From Neocallimastix sp. 'constans' (Eukaryota), in the NCBI GenBank assembly GCA_050613775.1, contig JBODTK010000115.1, forward strand, positions 310,001 to 374,000: DNA of 64,000 nucleotides. The letters run 5' to 3'. The notes under the pieces were generated by a model. The model saw only the letters and a program-made list of their open reading frames with translations, did not search any database and had not been told where the DNA came from. Shown here piece after piece: positions 1 to 13,387 of this stretch. The position numbers and the translations under genes were made by a program. The stretch's first letter is position 1. Every line of letters starts with the position of its first letter.

Positions 1-95
1 AAAATTTTTATATTTATTATAGTTTTATTTATTTATTTTTTTTTAATTTATTTAGGTATTTATTTATTTATTTATTAGCTTTTTAAATATATTTG

Positions 96-152
96 AGAAA
101 TGAATCTTTCCAGAAATGAATCTTTCCAGAAATGAAATTTTCCGAAATACCA
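96..152. repeat. three tandem ~16-bp units (AGAAATGAATCTTTCC-like), possibly the subterminal repeats of a DNA transposon end
   Basis: gagaaatgaatctttccagaaatgaatctttccagaaatgaaattttccgaaataccac seen directly; no partner end found in the window. Confidence 0.4.
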
Positions 153-1148
153 CTTATATACTTAAATAACAAATCATATGATTATAATAATAATATCAAT
201 GATATACATAAAAATATTGAATTTTTTAATATAATTATGAAATCCTAAAATTTTTTCAAAAAAAAAAAAAAAAATGACGAAAATTTTAATAATAAAAAAA
301 ATTTTTTTATTTTTTTTACACCTTCAAAATAAAAATTATTAATAATTAATCAAGTAATTCTTTTGATGTATTTAATATGAAAAAAATAATCATTCTTTTA
401 ATAATTATACTTCAAGTGAGGTTTCAGATAATACTATAATTTTTTTCAATGACTCTTGTAATATTTCTTCAATTGACAACCATAGTTTTAATACTCAAAA
501 TCTATCTTATTATTTAAGAAAATTCCAAATTGAATAATTCTATCAATACCACTAATAATCCAGCAAAATTTTGATAATTTATATCAGGATAACCAATCTA
601 TTACTACAATAGCTCAAAAAATATTATTAAAACTAAATGAAAATGAAATGATGGATGATATAATGATTAAATAGTAATGAAGTTAATCTATCCCATCCCT
701 GTTCTTCCAGAAAACGTCCATTACCTCCAAATTCTCCAGATTCCAAAACAATTATTCCTTCCACCCTTAGAGCGGCATAAAGAAAGTTAGATGATACCTT
801 AATAATTATACTATATATTTATTAATATTATCTTATATATGTATTTATTATGTAAATTAATTAAAAGTGTATTTTTATTAATTTTTTATATAAAATTAGT
901 AATTACTTTTTATTTTATTTTGTATAAATTTATGTTAACAATCCCCTTAAATATTTTGTGTAACTTGTATATATGTAATAAATTAATATACGTTTTATAT
1001 ATAATACAATCATGCTTATTGTTATTATTATATTAAATAAATAAACAATATAATATATATATCAATAATAATAATTATAAAATGTAATAAATAATAATAA
1101 TAATAATATAATAATAATAATAGTAATTATAATAATAATAATAGTAAT

Positions 1149-1179
<31 letters not shown>

Positions 1180-1250
1180 GTAATTATAATAATAATATAA
1201 TAATAATAATAATAATAATTAATAATATATTAATAATAATAATAATTAAT

Positions 1251-1281
<31 letters not shown>

Positions 1282-2434
1282 TGATACAAAATTATATAGT
1301 AAACTAAATTATAAATTTATTTATTCAGAGAGAGCTGTAAAATAATTCTCTCTTAAAAATAAAAAATAAAGATAACTTGACTTGATTACTTATTAAATAG
1401 TACAAGAATACAAAATAAATATTTTAATATTTTATATTATTTGTGTTTTTTTGTAATTAAATTAAAGCATGATAATGTAATGATGATAAAAGTTTAATAA
1501 ATAAGATAAAATAATTTTTAATATAAATTTCATAATTAATAATTTATGAATAATTTGACTAATAAATTATAAAAATATTAAATAATGTAAATTTTAATTT
1601 GTTTTAACTTGTATATATAATTATAAAGATTTGCATTTACTTTTTTGGGATTTTTTATCAATAATAAATAATAATAAAGAGTATTTATTAATAAATAATT
1701 AATATATAATATTTAATATTTGAATAATAATAAATAATAATAAAAATAATTAATAATTAATGATTAATGATTAATTTATTATTAATCATTAATAATAATA
1801 ATAATAATAATAAATAATATATAATAAATAATCATCATAAAAACAATAATAATAATGCATTAGTAATTCTGTCTCAGGATTAAAAAGTGAATTATATATT
1901 ACATGATAATAAAATTTAACTGTTCTCGGTCTTTCAAAACCTTTCTTTTCAGATATTTAATAGATATAAACAAAATTTCAGCATTACCTACCCTTTAAAG
2001 CAGTTTAAAATAGGAAGGTGTCACATTACTATTAATCATATAATTACTAATGAGTAATTATATGATTAATAATTATATGATTAATGAGTAATAATATCAA
2101 TTCTTTTAAAATTTCTTTTTTTTTTTTTTTTTAATTTTTTTAAAATTTCTTTTTTTTTCTTTTTTTTTAATTTTTTTAATAATATATTAACTAATTAAAC
2201 AATCTTTGAATTTTATTTTTTCACTTTTTAAAAAAATTTTTTAAAACATATTTATTTTTACGTAATTTATTAGTCAATTTTTTGTAATATGACTAACAAA
2301 ACAAAAAAGGCAAAAAAAAAAAAAAAAAAAAAAAACAAGAAAGGCTAAAAAAAAAAAAAAAAAAGTTAAAAAAAAATAAAAAAGAAAAAAAAAAGCAAGA
2401 AAGGCTAGGAAAAAAAAAGTTAAAAAGAAAAAGA

Positions 2435-2475
<41 letters not shown>

Positions 2476-3186
2476 TAATTAAATGGATTAAATTGATTCA
2501 ATAAAACACATTTGATTTAATAACATATTAAAACAATCTTTGAATTTCATTTTTTACTTGTGAAAATTCTTTACAACATTTTTTTTTACATGTAATTTAT
2601 TAGTCAATTTTTGTAATATGACTAAAAAAACAAGAAAGGCAAAAAAAAAAAGTTACAAAAAATAAAAAAAAGAAAGAAATAAAAATTAAAGAATATTAAA
2701 TATAATTATTAAATATAATTATTAATTTTATTTTAATAAAACGTTATAGAAAAGGAAAAGAAAAGAAATTTATTATATCTTTTCCTGCCGTTATCAGTTA
2801 TATTAAATGAAATTATAGAAGAAACAGAAAAAAAAAAAAAAAAAGAAAATTGATTAAATTAATTCAATAAAACATATTTAATTTATAACATAACACTTTA
2901 TTAAATATGATAATATTAATCTTCAAAGGTAATTAGCTAACTTTTACAAAAACTTATCAATTTTATAAATATATTTTCTAATTTTACTGACAAATTAATA
3001 GTCTTTAATAATTATAATTATCATAATTATTATCTAATTTTTTTGTTTGTTTTTTTAGATAGCTAATAATCTTTATGGAAAGTAACATTCCCTATTATTG
3101 TTCTTCTCATTGATTCTTTAAAAGAAATTTCCTATAAACGATTAATTACGTCATATCTATTTATATAAGTTTAATTACTACGTTTA

Positions 3187-3223
<37 letters not shown>

Positions 3224-3747
3224 ATTAGGGATATAGCATATAAATACATTAACTTTAAATTTTAATAAAATATAAAAGAAGGAAATTTTTTATGTTTCCC
3301 AGCAAGCTAATAAATTTCCATAAATAATTATTTTTAATAATTAACTTTTTTTTTTTTTAATAAATTTCCATAAATAATTATTTTTTAATGAGGTATTAAC
3401 CATTTTTTAAACAATAGCATTTCATATGTAATTTTTATTTTAATTATAAATTTTTATTATTTCAATTATTTCATAATTTGTACTTTTATTTATAATATAA
3501 ATATATTAACTATATTTTTTATATTCTATTATTTTTTAAAGTTTTATTGTATATTAAATAATAAATAAATAAATAAAAATAAATAAAAAAATATATATCT
3601 TTGAGAAAATAAATTTTAATATGTACTAGAACTTTATACAATATATAACGTATTAAAATTAATAAAAATATTATAATGTAATTTTTGTTGAGTTTTATCA
3701 TTAAATTATTTATATGTTTATTTATTTATTTATTTATTTATTTTTTA

Positions 3748-3790
3748 GTTACACAAATTAAATACTATATATTAAAATGTGATTGGATTA
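3748..3790 (+). promoter_or_regulatory. conserved GNAT upstream block containing ATTGG (reverse CCAAT box)
   Basis: gttacacaaattaaatactatatattaaaatgtgattgg; near-identical blocks at ~13128-13170, ~16221-16262 and ~6123-6166. Confidence 0.5.
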
Positions 3791-3998
3791 AACATTTTGC
3801 TTTGTTTTTTTTTTTTTGTTTTTTTTCTATTGTTTAAAGTATATAAGGAGGTATTTTTGTTTTCATTTAAAATTATTTAATATTTTATAATATATAGAAA
3901 AATAGAATAATAAATAATTCTATAATAAAAAAAAAAAATTAAAAAAAAAATAATAAAAATAAATAAATAAATAATTAAAAAAGAATTAAATAAACAAA

Positions 3999-4574
3999 AT
4001 GTCTATTATTTTATGTGATAAATCTCACCTTCAAGAATTAGTTGAATTTTATGAAGATGAAATTAAATATTTAGAACAACATATTAATTATCCAGATTGG
4101 AAATTAGGATATTATCCATCAGAAAGATCTATTTTTGGAGCCATTATGTCTAAAAGCCAATATGCTTATATAAAAGATGGCAAGATTATTGGTGCTGTTG
4201 TATTAGACGATGAGCCAGGATGCAAATACGAAAATGCTAATATTGCTTGTAAATATAAGGAATATATGGTCGTTCATGCTATATGTACTTCTCACAAATA
4301 TTATAAAAAGGGAATTGCAACGGAAATTGTTAACTTCTGTATTGAAAAGGCTAAAAAAGAAGGATATAAAGGAATTTACAGTGATACCACTCCTAGAAAC
4401 ACTGTTTCAAAGAATTTATTCCTTAAATTAGGTTTTAAGGATTTAGGTATCTTTGATTTAGAAAAGAAATTCATTGGTATTAACAATGAAGTAATGGATA
4501 GAAAACAATTAATGAAATTAGCTCCAGGCCTTGAAATTCCAGCTGATTTTAATGTCTTAGAATTAGTATTTTAA
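3999..4574 (+). CDS. GNAT-family N-acetyltransferase (191 aa), intronless, bacterial-like; copy 1
   Basis: ATG in aaaATGT context; GNAT beta4/motif A VHAICTSHKYYKKGIATEIVNFCIEKAKKEG and motif B DTTPRNTVSKNLFLKLGF; two paralogs in the window. Confidence 0.9.
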   Translation: MSIILCDKSHLQELVEFYEDEIKYLEQHINYPDWKLGYYPSERSIFGAIMSKSQYAYIKDGKIIGAVVLDDEPGCKYENANIACKYKEYMVVHAICTSHKYYKKGIATEIVNFCIEKAKKEGYKGIYSDTTPRNTVSKNLFLKLGFKDLGIFDLEKKFIGINNEVMDRKQLMKLAPGLEIPADFNVLELVF

Positions 4575-4768
4575 AATTTTTATTCTAAAATCATAGATAA
4601 TTAAATTATAATGATAATAAATAAATATTGTCATTTATAATTATTCTATTTCCATTGGTATTATTTTATTTATTTATATATATATATATAATATAAAATA
4701 ATTGAAGAAATTTGTAAATTATAATAGTAAAAAGAAAAATTAAAATGTAAATGAAAAACAAAAAAAAA

Positions 4769-4814
<46 letters not shown>

Positions 4815-5319
4815 AAATATTAAATTAGATTTTAAAATAATAAATTTACACGTAAATAAAAATAAATAAATAATAAATTAGAAATTAGAAATTAGAAAAA
4901 TAATAAAATTAGAAATATAATTAATATTATTATTATTATTATTATTTTTTATTTATTAACAATAAATTTTTTATTTTGTATTTATTTAACAATAAATTTT
5001 AAGTCAGCTGTAATTTTTTTTTTTTTAAAAAAAGAAATTTCTATATATATTATATTTTCCTCTTTTTTTTTTCCAATTTTAATATATTTTTAATTAATAA
5101 CTTTAAAAATATCATGTTAGTGTAATATTACTAATATATTAAAAAAAAAAAAAACTTGGTAAATCATTTATTATTATTTTTACATTTTATCATCTTATTT
5201 TTTTTAAATTAATAAATTTTTAATTTTTAATTTAAAAAAAAAAAAAAATTTAATTAAAATTTTATTTATTACTTAAATATTAATTTATTTATTATTCAAT
5301 TATTTATATTTTTATTTAT

Positions 5320-5840
5320 TAATTATATAATACTTATTATACTCTTTTTATTCATTAATTATATAATACTTTTTTATTATTTATATATTTATCAATAAAT
5401 ATTGTTTTTATTTATTAATAATATAATACTTATTATACTCTTTTTATTCATTAATTATATAATACTTTTTTATTATTTATATATTTATCAATAAATATTG
5501 TTTTTATTTATTAATAATATAATACTTATTATACTCTTTTTATTCATTAATTGTATAATACTTATTTATTATTTATATATTTATCAATAAATATTGTTTT
5601 TATTTATTAATTATATAATATTCATTATTTATTATTTATATATTTATTAATACATTCTTTTGATTTATTAATTATATAATACTTATTATACTCTTTTTAT
5701 TTATTAAATATATAATACATATTTATTATTTATATATTTATCAATAAATACTCTTTTTATTTATTAAATATATAATATTCATTATTTATTATTTAATCAT
5801 TTATCAATAAATACTCTTTTGATTTATTAATTATATAATA
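5320..5840. repeat. degenerate tandem repeat, ~96-bp period
   Basis: tattatactc recurs at 5335, 5431 and 5527 with conserved intervening sequence, then more degenerate units. Confidence 0.75.
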
Positions 5841-6679
5841 TTTATTGTTATTTGGTTATCTTTAATTTATTACTTATTTATATATTTATTTATTATTTAT
5901 TTATTATTTATTTATTATTTATTTATTATTTATTATTCAATTATTTAATATTTATTATTTATTATTTATTATTTATTATTTAATTATTTATTATTTATTA
6001 TTTATTATATATTAAAAAATACTCTTTTTTTTTATTATTTATTATTTATTAATTATTATTTATTATTATTCATTATTAATTTTTTTTTTTCTGTTAATAA
6101 TTAATAATTAAAAAAATATATATTACTCAAATTAAATATTAAAATATTAATTAAATTATGATTGGTATAAGTCAATTAAAGTTGATTATTAATTATTTAT
6201 GATTATTATTAATATTATTTAATTTTTAAATAAATTTTATAGAATGAATTTTGACTTAAAAAAAAAATGAAAAGTAATTATTATTTAATAAATTTATTAA
6301 ATGGATAAATTTAATTTCTTCTGTATGATTAATACATTTTTAATAATAAATAAAAAAAAAAAATTTTTTTAATTTATATAAAATACTAATTGTAATATTG
6401 TAATATAATGTATTTGTAGAATAATTAATTTATAATATATAATGCTTAGCAATAATTCATTAATGGATTAAAATCCGCAAAAAAAAAGCAAATAAAATGT
6501 GAATATAATTTATGTAAAAAATATACAATATATACAATAAAAAGAAAAAATAAAAAGAAAAATATTTAATAAAAAAAATTAGTTATATCAATTAAATACT
6601 TATTATATATATATAATAATCTATTAAATTTACATTAAAGTTAACATATTAAAAAAAAATCAATATATATTATTATTAA

Positions 6680-7347
6680 TCATTTTAATTTATTTCAAAT
6701 TATTTCAATATTTCATACTAACTCATAACACCTTAAAAAAGATATTTCTTTCCTAATAAATAAAATATATTCCATTACATTTTTAATTAGTCAATTTTAA
6801 TCTATTTCAAATTATTCCAAGATTCTATACTAACTCATAACACCTTAAAAAAGATATTTCTTTCCTAATAAATAAAATATATTCCATTACATTTTTGATT
6901 AGTCAATTTTAATCTATTCCAAATTATTCAAATATTCCATACTAACTCATAACACCTTAAAAAGATATTTCTTTCCTAATAAATAAAATATATTCTATTA
7001 CATTTTTAATTAGTCAATTTTAATCTATTTCAAATTATTCCAAGATTCCATACTAACTCATAACACCTTAAAAAGATATTTCTTTCTTAATAAATAAAAT
7101 ATATTCCATTACATTTTTAATTAGTCAATTTTAATCTATTTCAAATTATTCCAAGATTCCATACTAACTCATAACACCTTAAAAAGATATTTCTTTCCTA
7201 ATAAATAAAATATATTCTATTACATTTTTAATTAGTCAATTTTAATCTATTTCAAATTATTCAAATATTCTATACTAACTCATAACACCTTAAAAAGATA
7301 TTTCTTTCTTAATAAATAAAATATATTCTATTACATTTTTAATTAGT
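6680..7347. repeat. tandem minisatellite, 6 copies of 111-112 bp
   Basis: actaactcataacacc at 6717, 6829, 6941, 7052, 7163 and 7274; units nearly identical along their whole length (no unique spacers). Confidence 0.92.
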
Positions 7348-9394
7348 TAAATAGATAATCTTTAAACATAATTTAATATATATTAAATATACAAAGAAAT
7401 ATCTATTTTATTTAATACTAATATAGAGCTTTATTAGTGTTGTTAATGTATAATTAAAAGAAAATCAATTTTATATAAATAAAAATAACTTTCTTGATAG
7501 GATAAATTTTAATCAGTTTAATTTTTATTATACATATTTTTATATGTTATTAAATTTCAAGAAAATACTAGTTATTAATATTTATTAATTATAACAGAAA
7601 TAGGGAACACTTTACGATGATTTTCAATAATACATCCAACTAATAAAAAATATTTATTTATATTTTAATAGTTGAATGAGTAATTTTTTTTAGAAGCTTG
7701 AATTACTATTATAGTAATTTAATATAAATTAATTTAAATATAAATATAATAAATAATTTAATATATATAAAGGATTTCATTTAATTAGGGAAAAAAAATA
7801 TACTATTAATTAATTCAAAGCTATAAACAAAACCATGATGATTATCTATAATTTTAGATTAAATCATTTTCATGCTATGTTTCTTTTATTTTCATATTTG
7901 TACATATTAAAATTTTAAATTTATTATTTATTATTTGAATTTTCTTTTAAGAAAAATATATATTATTTTTAATATAATTAAAATAAATATATAAACATTT
8001 ATATATTACTTTTTCATCTATTATACAATGGAAGAATGAAATAGAATGAGAATGAAATAATATAAAATTAAATTAAAATGAGTAAAAATGATTGAAATTA
8101 TTTAATTATTAATAATTAAATTAATTAGTCATAATGTATAAAAATTTAATATATTTAATTATGAGTAATTTAATTAGAGATTATTATACTAAATTTGGTA
8201 ATATATAAATTTATATTTTATTTATATATTAAAAGGATATCTATATTTAAAATTAATAAATAAAAACAATTAAAAGATTGAAATAAATTTTTATTAATTG
8301 TTTAATATTCGGATTATAATCCACTTTTAAAGGTTATTGATTTATAGGTTGACTTAACCTTTTTAACCAGTTTATTAATATTACATAATCTCATTCTATA
8401 TTTAAATTTTTAAGATATTAATTTATATATATTTTTATTTATATATATATTTTTTTTATTTAAAAAGAAAAGTATAATCTCCATTTTCACTATAAATATG
8501 TTTATTAAATATTAATAAATTACTAAATTTTCTAAATTATTTCATTTTTAATATATTTATATTCTTTAAAATTTGGAATAAAATATTTTTAAAAAAAAAA
8601 ATATTTTATAGTATATGTAATAAAATAAGGGAAATTTTGTAGGTTTATTACATTAAACTTTGTTATTACTAATATATATAATATATCATAAACTCAAAGA
8701 ACTGGAAGTATTTATTTTTTTGGTATTTATTAAATTTCAAAAAAATAAATTTTTATATAATTTTTAATTAATTTATTAATGTTACAAGTTGTGTTTTTAA
8801 TAAAATCTTAGTTTAAGTTACAAAATATAAATTAATTATTGTTTATATAAAGCAAAAAAAAAAAAAATAATAATAATAAAAATGATAAAAAAAAAAAAAA
8901 AAAGTGAAAACTACTTAATTGAATATTTTTATCAATTCATTTTTTTTTTCTTTTTTTTTTTTTTTGTCATTTTTATTTTTTATATTTAAAAATTTATTTG
9001 GTAATTACTTCTATATAATTTTCATATTTATTATATTTATTATATTTATTATATTTTTTATATTTATTATATATATTTTTAAAATAATTTTTTTTTTTTT
9101 TTATTTTTTTTTTTTTATTTTTTTTGGTTTACTATAAAGATAGTTAATTGTTTATAATTTGAAATATTTCATTTTCATTTTAGATTTAAAATTTGTTATT
9201 ATTATAATTATTATAATAAAAGTTTTTTTATTAGTTTTTTTGCAACTTTATTATAACATATTATTATTATTATTAAAATGAATGAATTAATGTACAAATT
9301 AACTTTTGTTTTATTTTCCTCTATTATTATAATTTTATCTTATTTTATTTTATTTTATTTATTATTATTATTTTATTTATCTTAATAAAGTATT

Positions 9395-9890
9395 GATTAT
9401 TGGTATGGTGAAGCAGGAGATTGGTTAGGAGAATATAAAGGCTATTGGTAAGTCATCGTTTGAGGGCTGGGGCTAGGAGTATAGAATGGTGGTAACTAGG
9501 GATTATACAATTGTTTATTAGGAGTAGATGGTGGTTATCAGGTAAAGTGTTGATGATGGTGATCTATGAAAAAAAAAAAATAAAAAAAAAACAAAAAAAA
9601 ATAATTTAGACACACATAATGAGTACCCATCTCCCATTATGATCATAACAGATATAACCATTAAGTGTGATATACTGGCATATTAGTTCAGCATTGCCCC
9701 TCCACACATCGTTACATGTCTGCATGGGGGTGGTCTATGATAAAATTGTAAATAAGGATGGGATAATCTTATTTGACTAGTGACAGAGGTGAATTGTTGA
9801 CTTGGAGTAGCTGATGGCTGTTGAATAGGAGTAGAAAATGGTTGATTATCGGTAGTATGTTGATTTTAATTTTGATTAATGGTATCATAA
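9395..9890 (-). pseudogene. decayed Pro/Gln/Ser/Tyr-rich coding relic with a probable intron
   Basis: Locally higher GC; minus frames read ..NQN*NQHTTDNQPFSTPIQQPSATPSQQFTS.. and ..PPSTPNKQLYNP*LPPFYTPSPSPQTMTYQ*PLYSPNQSPASPYQ*; a T-rich tract ending CATAG (~9564-9615) lies between them. Confidence 0.45.
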
Positions 9891-10349
9891 ATATCTATAT
9901 ATCTATATCTTTTCATCGTTTCTTTTTTTTTTTTATAAGAATGGTAGACCTAGAGAGGATACCGCTTTCTTTTTTTTTTTTTTTTTTTTATTAAATGATC
10001 TTCCTTTGAATTAGACATATCTTTGATTTTATTCAATCATTTAGATAATTCACTATTTATCACTAAAGGTGATTATTAGTTCTACCTTTATTACTGTAGA
10101 TTAATAATAATTTAATTAATATCTATGAAAGTATTATAAATTCTTTCCATACAACATCTACCCCTTAATTTCCTTTTCAATTTTATTATTGTCCAACGGT
10201 AAAATAATTTTGTTACTTTCGACATAGGCTAATATTATTTAAGTTAATTCAATATTACTTGAATACTTAATACAAACCGATTTTAAAATTGGATAAAATC
10301 CAATAAACAGAGACCTATCGGTAATATTCAAATTTAATATAGTGTATAT

Positions 10350-10629
10350 TAGTACAATTAGTAGGAGAGTCAATGCTGAAAATGCAGTAAGACAGGCTAG
10401 GTTAGCAGGATCAATGCCTCGGAAGGAGAAAACCATGATTTCTTTCAGATAGTTAATTCAAACCCTAATCTATAAGGAAGAAAGGTTCGTTTGGCATAGG
10501 AACTTTTTTTCTGAATTTATTTATACACTTTTATTTTATATATTACTTTTTATTTTACCTTATTATTTTAAATATTATTATGTTCTTATTGAATAAATCA
10601 TATTTAATTTTTTTTTTTTATTAATTCTA

Positions 10630-10660
<31 letters not shown>

Positions 10661-10746
10661 ATAAAAATTATTCATGTAATTAATAAATGAATAAATAAAG
10701 ATTAAAACTCGTAATAATTGGGGCTTTAAAAAAAAAAAAAAAAAAA
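10350..10746 (+). mobile_element. 3' end of a non-LTR (LINE-like) retroelement with poly(A) tail
   Basis: Reverse-complement match to 62101-62510 (gtcaatgctgaaaatgcagtaag...ttcaaaccctaatc...ctgaatttatttatacactt...aataattggggcttt then poly(A)). Confidence 0.75.
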
Positions 10747-11339
10747 TGGTATAATTAATAATTAAATGAAGACATATCAGGATTATAGTGAGTAATTGCT
10801 TCTAATAATATATAAAATCCCAAATACTTTATCTTTTATGTTAAGTTCTAAAGGAACATTATGTCTTGTCAGCATAATTAATAATCGATTTTTCATATTA
10901 ATGTTTCTCACATATGACTGTTCTTGGTCTTTCAAAACTTTTCGTTTCAAATATTTAATAGATAATATAAACAAAATTCTAACCTTATCCACCCTGAATA
11001 TATGGTAAAGCAGTTTAAAATAGGAAGGTGTCACATTATTATTAATCATATAATTACTTACCAGACAATTTATTAATATTAAAATATAAAATATTTGATT
11101 TAAATAAAATTTTATGACACTTAGTCATAATAAAAATGAACTAACTAATTTTAATAATGAAACAATAACAAATAAAATTTAAATTATATTTTAATAAATT
11201 AATATAATAAAATAAAATTTTCAATAAAATTATCAATCTTCAATTTATCTAAACTGGATATATATATATATATATATTTTCTAATTTTACTTGATAAATT
11301 AATAACCTTTAGTTATTATAATTATTATAATTATTATCT

Positions 11340-11383
<44 letters not shown>

Positions 11384-12111
11384 AATGTAATATTTCTTAT
11401 TATTGTTCTTTTCATTATATGAATTCGTTAAAAGAAATTTCTTTGTAAATAATTAATTACGACCTATTTATTTATATAAAATTTAATTATTGAGTTTACA
11501 AAAAAAAATTATATATTTCCTACCAAGTTAATAAATTTCCAAAACTAATTATTTTTAAAAAGGTTAGTTAACAATTTTTTTTTTTAATAAATTTCCATAA
11601 ATAATTATTTTTAATGAAGTATTAAGCATTTTTTAAACAATAGTATTTTATATGTAATTTTTATTTTACTTAAAGTTTTGAATTATCTCAATTATTTCAA
11701 TTATTTCATAAATTTTATACTTTCATATATTATGTTAATATATATATATATATTTTTTATATTTTATTATTCTTTAAAGTATTATCATATATTAAATAAA
11801 TTAAAAAAAAAAAAAAAAAAATAATAATAATAATTTATTGATATAATCCTCAAAAAATTACTTTTCACTATTTTTTAATTTTAATTAACCAATTTTATTA
11901 TTATTTTTAATAATTTAATACGGTATATTGTAGGAAGTTCTACTTCCATAGTTTATATTACGAGTCAGGTTCTATCCTGGGTGTTAGTCTGTAGGCTAGC
12001 ATACTTATGGCTCTTGATTCGATCCAGCCTTGTTATGAACCGTTTTCCAGGGTTTTTTCCTAGTACAAGAGGTTTTTTAAAGGAATATAATGGTTAGGTT
12101 TATTGGTAAAA

Positions 12112-12408
12112 CGTGTATTTCACAATGTGGCGTATAGAAAATTTAAGTAAAGCCATACATTTTTAAGATATTCTATACAATCATAAATAAATATATAAAT
12201 AATAATTATTTTATTTTAAAAGAAATAATAATATATTCTATTAAAAAAGAATTATAAAAAATTATTTTTTATAATTGAATATTAATAAATTATATATATA
12301 AAAAAAAAGAATATTTATTATTTATTGAATTATTTTTTATTGAATTATTATTTAGTTGATTGTTAAAAAACGCGCCACATACAAAATGCGCCACATGACA
12401 AATGCACG
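12112..12408. mobile_element. MITE-like element with ~24-bp imperfect terminal inverted repeats; copy 1
   Basis: Left cgtgtatttcacaatgtggcgtat vs right atgcgccacatgacaaatgcacg; interior (aagccatacatttttaagatattcta...) matches 48674-48970. Confidence 0.65.
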
Positions 12409-12779
12409 ATTGCCATGAGGAACTAGTACAAATTACCATGGGTTAGGTTATACTGACCCTTGCTTCATGAGAAAAGTATATATGTTTTTTTATAATAAAC
12501 TTTATTTAATTTTTGTATTTATTTAATACATAAATTTTATTAATTTTAAGAACTCATTTTTTTAAGATAAAATAATTATTTTTTATAGTAAAAATTACAT
12601 ATTTAATCATGTGATAATTCTATGAATTAATACACATAGATAAATGTTACACAACATAAAAATATAATAATAAAATATTAATATAAGATAAGAATATAAT
12701 ATTGATAATAATATAAGTATATAAAAATATAATTTTAATAATATAAAAATATAAAATAAAATGTGATTATTTTAACACT

Positions 12780-13059
12780 TCAAAACTTCAACAACAAAAA
12801 GGGAAAAGTTACGAACCTGGAGAAGCAAGCACCTCCGAGAAAGAAATAGTACAAGAAAAATTCTTAGCAAATTATAGAAAAGTCAGAATGACAATGCTAT
12901 AACAACTCAATAAGGCTATCCAAAAGGGACAAGACCTGCCTGTATGGACAGCGAAGTGTTTGTGACTCTCTATCTCAAAATCTCAATATTTCCTACCTGC
13001 CTTTGAAACCAAAGGGTAGTACACACCGGAAATAAAAAAAAAAAAAAAAAAAAAAAAAA
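12780..13059 (+). mobile_element. poly(A)-tailed retroposed fragment
   Basis: GC-richer segment ending in stem-loop ctacc-tgc-ctttg-aaac-caaag-ggtag and then a ~26-nt A run; absent from the paralogous upstream region of GNAT copy 1. Confidence 0.5.
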
Positions 13060-13387
13060 GATTTATATTAACTTAATAACTTTAATAAATATAAAATTTG
13101 GTAAGGTAATAATTTTTTTTTTTTTGAAGTTACACAAATTAAATATTATATATTAAATTGTGATTGGACTAAGCCATATGTTTTTATTTATTTTTATTAT
13201 TATTTATTACCAGGTATTTTGGTTTCGTGTTTCGATTTATTATTATTTTATTAAATTTTTAATATATATAGAAAATTAGAATAATAAATAATAATATTTT
13301 AAAATAAAACAAACTAAAAAATAAAAAAAAAAAATAAAAAATAAAATACTTAAAATAACAACAAAAGAAAAAAAAAAATAAAACAAA

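Noticed and set aside
300..800. Decayed coding-like stretch (..SHPCSSRKRPLPPNSPDSKTIIPSTLRAA*)
   Set aside because: Multiple stops and frameshifts with no recognisable family; possibly a transposon relic but unassignable
6680..7347. Regularly spaced repeats resembling a CRISPR array
   Set aside because: Whole 111-112-bp units repeat with no unique spacers, no cas genes are present, and the context is eukaryotic; it is a minisatellite
10783..11049. 88-aa ORF partly shared with 1921-2040
   Set aside because: The paralogous copy is disrupted and no motif is recognisable; the similarity is explained by the GNAT segmental duplication
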